Assembly (NCBI RefSeq): GCF_009914755.1
Contig: NC_060942.1
Strand: one strand, 5' to 3'
DNA: 64,000 nucleotides
From: the human T2T-CHM13v2.0 reference genome, Homo sapiens
Shown: in pieces, positions 54,701 to 64,000 of the stretch
Position numbering within the stretch: the stretch's first letter is position 1
Layout of the letters: each line of letters opens with the position of its first letter
The notes under the pieces: model-generated
Databases searched by the model: none
What the model saw: only the letters and a program-made list of their open reading frames with translations
What the model was told of the DNA's origin: nothing
Translations under genes and position numbers: made by a program

Positions 54701-57641
54701 AGACACGCTTATCTTCCGGATTTTGCCTCAGAGACTTGGGCTGTACAAGCTGCTTTCCTGGGGTGGCTTGTCCTTTTGCAGTTAACCGAGATGCCTGGGG
54801 AGAAGAGCTTCCCCCAACAGGATGGCAGGCGATGCTTCCAGATGCGGTCACTTGGCACGTCTGAGCCGAATGTCTCCATAAAAATATGATGTAATTAACA
54901 GAGCCGCAGCAGCTGGAACAATTCAGCACCTCACATTGATTTTCCATGTCTCCTATTTACTTTCAGTTTTTAAACTGTCTGCAGTGACAGGAAATCAAAG
55001 AATTATAATGGTGTGTGTGAGGGCCCAATGCTGGGTCGGCATTTCCTTGTGAAATCCTGAGATTAATCAGTTTCCTATCACTCAATCATCCCTTTTCACT
55101 TCTAAAGGAAAACTGTCCTCCCAAATGCTACGAAATAGCAGTCTATTTTTGGATATTAAAAAAATCAATTGTATTATTTTAAAATTTGAGAGGAGTGTTT
55201 TTAAAAAAAGTCAGCCCGAAGCAATATTCACTTGTCTGTTTTCCCATTCAAGTTTAATAGGAGTTGGCAAAGGCATTTGGGTGCAGTGAGACACAAGTAC
55301 TATATTCACCCTTCCCAAGTTTTGAGAGCTTGGAAAAGTTACTTGGTGGAACCAAAGAGAGGAACTGCATTCCAAGTTTTTTTGATCACTGAAATGAAGG
55401 AAAATAAGTTTCCCTATATGTGGTTATTCATGAGCCTTCATCTGAAGCTGGTGGTTTTCTCATAGTTGGTCACTGTATTTCCAGCTCTGTCAGGTGAAAG
55501 TCAGAATCTTGGGTTAATTTCACTTTGGGTTCCTTAAAATGCTGGAGAAAATAGGCAGCTGCGGTTGTAGTGGGGAAACAGGCCTCTGTCTGAAGTCAGC
55601 TTGCTCTAGATTGTGTTTGAAAACATGCCTCAGATTTAAGTGGTCTTGCTTTTTTTCCAGACTCCCTTGCCTTGGCAGATTCTGTGTCTTGGCCATACTG
55701 TAAGAACTCACTTTTCTTTGTCTTTTTATTGATTCAAGCAATATAACCATTTCATAAATAATTAGGAAAATAAAGAAGAAAATTTCTCATAATTCTACTG
55801 CTCAAACGCAATAGCTATGATTGCTTTGGAGCAATTGCTTTGGGTCATTTTCAAATGCTGAGTTTTGGTATGATTCTAAGCATAATGTACAAACAACTTT
55901 ACATGTTGCTTTTTCACTTAATCTATGTCAGAAGCATCTCCCCAAGTTATGATTAGCTTCAGTAATTATCTTTTTAATTGCTGCCCAAACAGCTGGAACA
56001 ATTCAGTCCCTCTTATTGACTTTCCATGTGTCCTATGGAAGTAGAGACAGTCTATTAACTATTTCTGTATTTTGGGACAATAGATCAAATTCATTTTTCA
56101 CTGTAATTAATCCCATGATAAGTATCTTTATAAATAAGCCTTTTCTATATATAAGATAATTTCTTTAGGATAAATTCCTAGAAATTACAGGGTCAAAGTG
56201 GATACATATTTTATGACTCTTGATATTTCTTATTGACCTTTAAAGCTATTATGTGACTTTATATTATCACCTAAAATGTTTGAGGAATTCATGCTTTACG
56301 AGTGTATTTTATTGACTAAATATGCAGTACTGAGAGAGCTTTATGTGTGCAGTTTGATGATGCTGACAGATATCCCGGAGATAAACATTTTTTAATTTAA
56401 AGATGTTCTGTTTATGTTTAACATACAGAAGTTAATGTTAAACATGATGCCTATTTTGTTTAACATACAGAAGTGACTGTATTAAAGCCATTTCTTCTAA
56501 ATGTGCAATAAACTATGAATTCTTTGCCTGGTTCTAATGTTCTGTCTCATCAAACCTCATAAAACTAATTAGCATCATAACCCCTCAGTTTGCCTGTGAA
56601 TTTTGAAGATGATATGAATTTCTCTTCCATGTGAAATAGAATTTGGTGGGTATCCCTTTGCTGGGAATAACTCCTTTGAAAAATAGAAAAAATACTGAGC
56701 AGAAAGAAAGTACATTTTCTGGGAAAAGAAAAAGAACCCGGAGAGATGGAGTGAGAATTGTACCACAGAGTCCCAGCAGCAGATGTTTTGGGTGTTGAAA
56801 CTCCCACCAGAACAGCTGCAGAAATGTAGAATCACATCTGGGTGTGTGACGCGGCTGCATTATTACCTACAGACAGCAAAACAGCCAGATGCTTCCAATT
56901 CATTTTGAGGACCAGGCTTCAGGTCTGAACCTGTGAATGTCTCCACTTCCCGACCAACAACTTATCAATTGCCGAGACAGCTCATGAAAACTTCGCCTCG
57001 CGGGCACTTTAAGGACAAATCTCGGTTGCAGCAGGTAGAGGCAGAGTGCAGCTGCTGCACACCCGGCCCTGCAGCTCTAGCTCTGCTCTCGGGCTGGAGG
57101 ATAAAGCCATCAAAGCCCTTCCACACGACGGTTCCTGCATGGCTTGTCACTGGTGCGTGAGGCTTCTGAGGGCGAATTCTGTTTAATCTCCACTCTAGTT
57201 CTTCAAATTCTCATCTCTCTCTCCCTTTTTTTCTCTTTCCTCTTTCACTGTCTCCTCTCTCACTCTGCGCATGTGTGTGAGAGAGTATCTCTCCCTCTCT
57301 CCCTCTTTCCTTCTCCCCATTCTCCCAAATATAAGCTTCTCCCTAGGACAGTGGAACAAATAACTGGGTGATCATTATAGTAGCAAATGGTTCTTAAGAC
57401 TCGGACAAACACTGTGATTTTTGAGTGCACAGCTATTCTGTCATTCCTCTTGCCTTACATGGATATTGAAGTCAGTAAAAGTGGCCCCTGGTGACAGGGC
57501 TCCAGCCAGCAGACAGGCTGATCACAGACTTCAGCAGCCTCTTGTCTCTCTGACCAAGTACCAAGAGTGCAGCGCAGCTCACAGGCCCTGGGGGAAGGTC
57601 ATTCAGTATATAACTCTCAGGCCCGGAAGAAAAGAGTTGTT

Positions 57642-57859
<218 letters not shown>

Positions 57860-59929
57860 GGAGTTGTTCAATGTGAAAGCCTCAAGAGAAAAACGATACT
57901 CAAATGTGTAAATCTCAACCCCTACGGATGGTCAAGAGATAGGTTTCTCTCAGGAGTAGCCTGTGTACCCCTCTCCCTCCCCACAGAGTGAGCAGAAGCT
58001 GACCAGAAACATTTGGTGAAAGAAAAGCTATCTTCAATCATCACACTCTTAATTTCCTGCAGGAACTTCATGTTTGTTATTAGAAGTATTTTTATTATGC
58101 TAAACAACCAAAACCATTCATACAGAGCTTGCAAATAGGGAGGCCAAGGAAGTTCTCTCATCAGCCCAACTGAGGCTTGGATCCATCTCTTCAATTGTTA
58201 CTCAGAGTCTTGTGCAGAGCTCTCTCTTGAAGGAAGAATTGTAAAATGTAACGGAATCATAAAAGAGGTTAAGATTCACCAAACAGTTATTTTTGGGGAG
58301 AGAGGATAATTTTACAGAGGAAGGAATAAAAGCCGAAAGAGGTGAAATAACTTGCCCAAAGTTTCAAAGTGGAGTCTGGCCCCAGATCCCAGGTTGTTGA
58401 GCCCCAAGCTCCATTGTGTGTTCTTTGTCCTGCTGCCTCTTTGTTGGCCAATACCACACCAGGGTCAAGTAGGATGCAGTTAACTCTAGAACTCTGGGCT
58501 TCTGGTAGTGAAGGTCATTAAACTTGAGTGACAAGTTGTGTTGAGTAAAAATGATCCTAGAGTTGAAGAAATGGACATGTTATTCATGTTCATTGTGACC
58601 TGTGAGAGGTGTCTGCTGTTGAAACGCTTTTTATTCAGTAATAATATTAAAGGAGTATTATTGAGGTATGGACCAATTGCTGTGGTAGGGACTGTGAAGT
58701 ACAAGTTGTATATCCTGCCTTTAAGGCACTTATAATCTGGTGAGATTAGCAGAGATAGAGGAATCATTAAGTAATATTCAAGATGGTGGAAGCAGGGCTG
58801 TGAAGGTTTGTCTATGCTGTGGAGTCCTAAAGGGGATGAATGTCTCGAAGCTTGGTGGGCGAGGAAACCCTTCAGCCAGTGAGGTTTGGGGAAAGTGTGC
58901 TAGGGTGGGGGTCAGGGTCTGAATCTGGAAAGGTGCAAAGGACTCCTAATATAGAGTAAACGAGAAACAGTCCAGAGGTTTGGAATTTGAGAAAAAGGGT
59001 GAAAATGAGAAATGATAAAGTATGCTCAGGGAGTGGCCTTTTTGTGTAGTGTGTGAAGCAGAAAAGGCTGAAAAGAAGACTCAGAATTAGATTGCAGTAA
59101 TCTTGATGACCCTAGTCCAAGAAAGTGGAAATGACAACACTGCTTGTCAGCTGGGGCACTGCTTTGATAATAAGTGGGCTTCCATAAACTCAGTGGGTGG
59201 TGTGTGGACCAAAAGGACTATGGCTTGAGTTTAAGGCCAACTTACAAATCCTGTGTGTTTTATGTTTTCACCACCTAGCACTTCTTTTGGCAACTATATA
59301 GAAGATTGTCTTATATCCTGACTTTGTCTTCTGCTAAGTCTCTGTAGCCACCTTCCAACTCAAATGGAACAACCAGAAGGGACACGCCAAAGGATGCCAC
59401 ATGGCAACCTCTGCCACTAAACACCTGTTCCAGAAGGAGCTAGTAGAGGATTATGACTAGTTCTTCACCATGAATTCATTAAAATCAGAAGAAAATACAC
59501 ACCAAAGGAAATCTGATTAGACCTGACTCGAGGTACAGGTTGAACATTCAGTAGAGTGGCTTTTGTGGCACAAAGAGGAAGAAGCCCTTTGGGCAGAACC
59601 TGAAGTGTTGTGAAATGGTACCCAACCCTGTGGGGAACCTGATGGAGTGGCAGTGGCTGAGGACTTCTGTCCATGAGGCAGCTGCTGCTCCTCCAGCAGT
59701 GTGATTTAGACATAGCTAAGTGTTCAGAGCTGGAATGGGCCCTACTCCATATTTAGTGCAACTCCTCATCTCAGTAAATGTCTTGACACTTAGGTAAGGT
59801 TAGGGAAGTGATCTGCCTGAGATCTCTCACTTTTGTTAGGGAATGGCTGTGAGACCCCATTCCAAGCCCAGCTGTCTGCTTTGCTATCACTTCTGCTACC
59901 ACTTGAGGACTTAAGAACTTCCTCTTACT

Positions 59930-60258
59930 GAGCCAAGAGGCTCATGCCTGTAATCCCAACACTTTGGGAGGCAGAGTGGGAGGATCCCTTGAAGCCAGGA
60001 GTTCAAGACCAGCCTGGGCAACTAAGAGAGACCCTGTCTCTACAAAACAACAACAACAGCAACAGAAAAAACCAAAATATTATCTGGGCACGGTGGTGCA
60101 TACCTGTAGTCCTAGCTACTCGGGAGGCTGAGACAGGAGTATCACTTGAGCCTAGGAGTTCAGGAGTTCAGGAGTTCAAGGCTGTGGTGAGCTGTGATCA
60201 TGCCACTGCACTCCAGCCTGGGCAACAGAGTGAGAGCCTGTCTCTTAAAAAAAAAAAA
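59930..60258 (+). mobile_element. Alu (J-like)
   Basis: Diverged dimer with an (aac)n linker and an internal (aggagttc)x3 slippage. Confidence 0.92.
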
Positions 60259-60877
60259 CTTCACTTGGGGGCCTGTCATTTTATTATCTCTCCTAGAACA
60301 TATTTTCTTAAGACTAAGGCAGTAATGTCTTTCTTATGGGCAACGTATCTTCATTGCTGAAGGTCTTAAGAATTTAGGTCCTGGATCCCTATGTCTACCC
60401 ACAGGGCTGGTGCATCCACCTGCATAACTCCAGGGAGCATGGGTCACGTGGAGTTTGATGGGGATAGTGTCCCCTGCAGTTGGGCAATGCAAGGCTGGCT
60501 CATGACCATTGCAGGTTCATTTCTGCTAGACTCTCCTAGGAGTCAGTACATTTTCCTTAGTTCCAATGTTATTTTTCTCTCAGTCCAAGCCAGAATCTTT
60601 CCTACATAATCTAAAAAGCAATTTCTTTCTGCCTGATTCCCCATTGCTCGTCTTGCATTTCTGGCAAAACAGCACCTGTGCCTGGCTCAGCCTGGGTTTC
60701 CCTTCATGGTTTCTGGTGTTGATGGCAGGCTTCCTGCTTATTCCTTCAAACCTTACCTCCTGTCCATTCTTCTGTCTGCCTCATTCTCTCTCTCTTACCT
60801 ATTTCTTTATATTCATTTATTTAGTATTATTTGTATAGTTATTAAAGTCATCTATGTGGACATAATTTTAGCAATTT

Positions 60878-61036
60878 GGCCAGGTATGGTGGCTCATGCT
60901 TTTAATTCCAGTGATTTGGGAGGCCAAGGCAGGAGATTGCTTGGGCCCAGGAGTTTGAGACTGAAGTGAGCTAGGATGATGCCGCTGCACTCAAGCCTGG
61001 GTGGCAGAGCAAGATCCTGTCTCTAAAACAAACAAA
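60878..61036 (+). mobile_element. Alu monomer (FLAM/FRAM-like)
   Basis: Single-arm Alu-like sequence. Confidence 0.8.
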
Positions 61037-61781
61037 TGAACAATCTCCTCCAACACAAATTCATGATTCAATTTATCAGTTAAAGGTTTAAAATCAAACC
61101 TAGCAGCACCCTTGTTCCACTTTTCTCCTCCCCATTTTCTCTCCATTCATTGCCAGCTACTTCTAGCTTTCTTAGTTTTTTTCTTATGTACCTGCACATT
61201 CATAAATAATTTGCTAATGTTACTAATGCTTGATTTATCTCTTTTAGATATTACCTATTTACTCTGTATTATGCTTGTGAAACTTTTCTCTAATCATTCC
61301 CTTCCCCTTTCTCTTTCCTCTCAACATATTTGTAGCACATTTTCATATTTATAGCCCATATTCAGGGTTTACATTATTGTGGCTATGTAAATATTATTTA
61401 CTACTGAGGCAAACAAGTACTATATTTACATCTAGTCTATTATACAATGTTTTTCCCAGAAGTTAATAACTGTCTTTTTTTTTCCATTTGCTTAGTGTTC
61501 TGTGAATCTATCACTAATTTTCCTTGCATCTTCTGACAGCTGTGTAAATGCTTCTCAAACAGTTTTCCCCAAGTTCGAGATATTAAATAATCTAGAATTC
61601 TCCCACCTGGCCCTTACTCCCAGGTTGGAGGCTTTCCTCCTAGAGTTCTCCAAACTCCCAGAGTCTGCATCATTGGTTGCTCTTCAGGCTCATTGAACAG
61701 TTGTTTTGGGATTCCTCTCCTATGTTATTCTGGGGTTTGTTTTCCACTCTCTCCTTTCCTGGATTCCAATTTTGTTTTATT

Positions 61782-62192
61782 TGTGTTTGTCCATTTGTAT
61801 TGCTATACAGGAATACCTGAGGCTGGGTAATTTATAAAGAAAAGAGGTTTATTTGGTTAACAGTTCTGCAGGCTGTACAAGAAGCATGGTGCCAGCATCT
61901 GCTTCTGGTGGGGACCTCAGGAAGCTTCCAGTCATGGTGGAAGATGAAGGGCAGCAGGCATCACATGGCGAAGGGAAGAAAGAGCAATGGGGAGTAGGTG
62001 CCAGGTTCTTTTCAACAACGAATTTTCATGAGAACTAAGAGTGAGAACTCACTCATTCCTGCGAGAATGGCACCAAGCCATTCATGAGGGATCCACCTCC
62101 ACAACCCATACCTCCCACCAGGCCCTACCTCTACCAATGGGGATCAATTTTCAACATGATATTTGGAGGGTCAAATATCCACATCATAGCAC
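61782..62192 (-). mobile_element. MSTA/MSTB-like MaLR solo LTR
   Basis: 'aatacctgaggctgggtaatttataaagaaaagaggtttatt..gcttccagtcatggtggaag..caacatgatatttggagg'. Confidence 0.9.
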
Positions 62193-62229
62193 CTTGTTAG
62201 CTGATTAAACATTTTAGGGAAACACTGAC

Positions 62230-63060
62230 TCCAGTTAGTCTTGAGAAAGGGTGCATAAGAGGCATATTACCTTAGTCTGTGTTTATCTGAAAGTTCATTG
62301 TTTTACCCTCATACTTGATTAAGAGTGTGTCTTGGTATAGATGTAGACTGAACATGCTTTTTTTCTCAGAATATCAATTGTTATGTTGTTGTCTGGCCTC
62401 AGTGTTGCTAGTAAGAGGCATGATGCCATTTTTATTCCTTATCCTTTGTGACAGGTTTTCTTCTCTGTCAACTTACAATCTGTCCTATTTCTGATATTCT
62501 GAAATTTCATAATATTTGCTTAGGTAGTTTTTTTGGTTGTTGTTTTAAATACATGATGCTGGGCCTTCTCTGGAAACTCATGTCTTTCAGTTCTGGGAAA
62601 TTAAACCACTTATTAGATTATTTCCACCCCATAATTCTCTCCACTTTCCCTTCTTGGAATTTCAGATGTTGGATACATTGGCTTGGTCCCCTAATTTTCT
62701 TTTTCTTCATTCTCATCTTTTTCTTTGGCTTTTCAAGGAGAGTTACTCAACCTTATCTTCCAAGTGTTCTATTGAATATTTTTTATCTTGGCTAATTCAT
62801 TTTTTCACTCCGATTATACTTTTTAATTGCATCTTATTCTTGTTTCATGAATGCAATACTTTCTCAAAACTTTCAGATGACAATAATATCTATAGGGTTG
62901 TTTGTTTTTGTTATTTATTTTTCTGCTCCCTCTATTGTCTCTATGTCTTCTCAGCCTTCCAAAAAAAGTTTATTTGTTAAGTTCTCTTTTTTCATAGTTG
63001 AGGTCTTCTACAAATGTCTGGTGATCCTTAAATGTTTATTTATGATTAAGAAGTGGTACA
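62230..63060 (-). mobile_element. Highly degraded old L1 (L1ME-like)
   Basis: T-rich sequence with 'ttctgaaatttca..ctggaaactcatgtctttcagttctgggaaatt'. Confidence 0.55.
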
Positions 63061-64000
63061 CTAAAAAGCTAAGAGGAGACTTTATGTGCATGGGGTGGCT
63101 TGCCCCTCAGTAAGCATTATCAATAGATGAGTGGGCTTACTTGATTGATGAAGAACGTTTCAGATGAAGTCTCTGTGGATCTTGTCCCAAGGGCCAGTCA
63201 GTCTTTTTGGAGAATTATCCTTCATTTTCATGCCTGGAATGTATACATCTGGGCACTCGTGTTCTGGAAGCAGAGACAGAAAGGGCACTTGGAAGACAGA
63301 CTTCCACCTAGTGCCTTGTTTTCAGCCTCACACCCTGTTGTTACCAGAACATGAAGATTCTCTGGTTGAAGTTCTCTAAAGAAGACATGTTTACCTGCCT
63401 GGAAAGGATGGAGCAGGGAATGGGTTGGGAGAGGCCAGAGGGAAAGAGCTAGTGTTTGGTGAGCTGGGGTGGAGTGAGGGAAGAAGCAGATACATACTGT
63501 GTACAAATACAGACTTTTAGTCAGTATCTCTGCTCCAAGCCCAGGCCTCCTGCCAGCTTCCACGGAAGCTATGGTGTGTAGATGTCCAGTCTGTCAAGGG
63601 TTCTGTGGGTGAACTTGTGTGTTCTTCCATTATAGCCTCTTCTCCTCTGCTGAGGTAATTACCATTTCCCCATCCCTTCCCCGCTCCACAAATCTGACTT
63701 CTTACCTACAGCTGTTACCTCTCCTGTTCTTGCTGACTTGTGGGTTTACATCTTTTTAATTCTTTTATTGTCATTTCAATCAGGATTTAGGCGGGAGAAG
63801 GATAAACATGTATACTCTATTTACCATATCTGACCTAAGGTCTCTTGTTTTTTTTTACATGGCTTTCTGAAATCACACACAGAGGCCCAGGCATAGAAAA
63901 CATCAAGGGCTGTAGTTCATAGCCAGTTTGTAGTAAACAAGAATTCCTTTAAGTCTTGGAGGCTGCCTCAAAGGGAGAAGCCTTACCCAGCTGTGGGGTC

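Overview
This is 64 kb of hominoid (most likely human) non-coding DNA, intergenic or intronic, and rich in repeats. I found no host protein-coding exon or RNA gene that the sequence supports. The main feature is a full-length, minus-strand L1PA2-type LINE-1 (about 13330-19414). It has an open 1275-aa ORF2, an ORF1 broken by one CGA>TGA stop, an intact antisense ORF0, a 14-bp target-site duplication (TSD) and a very short apparent 3' transduction. The rest is Alus, L1 fragments, solo LTRs (MER11, LTR18/47-like, MER68, MER31, MLT/MST), a MER4-group ERV1 remnant, an ERVL pol remnant and hAT MITEs. Repeats do not explain several structures. These are a three-piece templated-insertion chain at 38.7-39.1 kb, a direct-plus-inverted local duplication at 7.0/8.6 kb, further short local templated copies, and a pair of diverged ~260-bp elements 29 kb apart with patchy high identity. 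There is also a perfect 36-bp tandem duplication and a perfect 25-bp palindrome. Repeat family names come from recalled consensus sequences, not from a database search. I found no demonstrably new biological system; the findings are leads.
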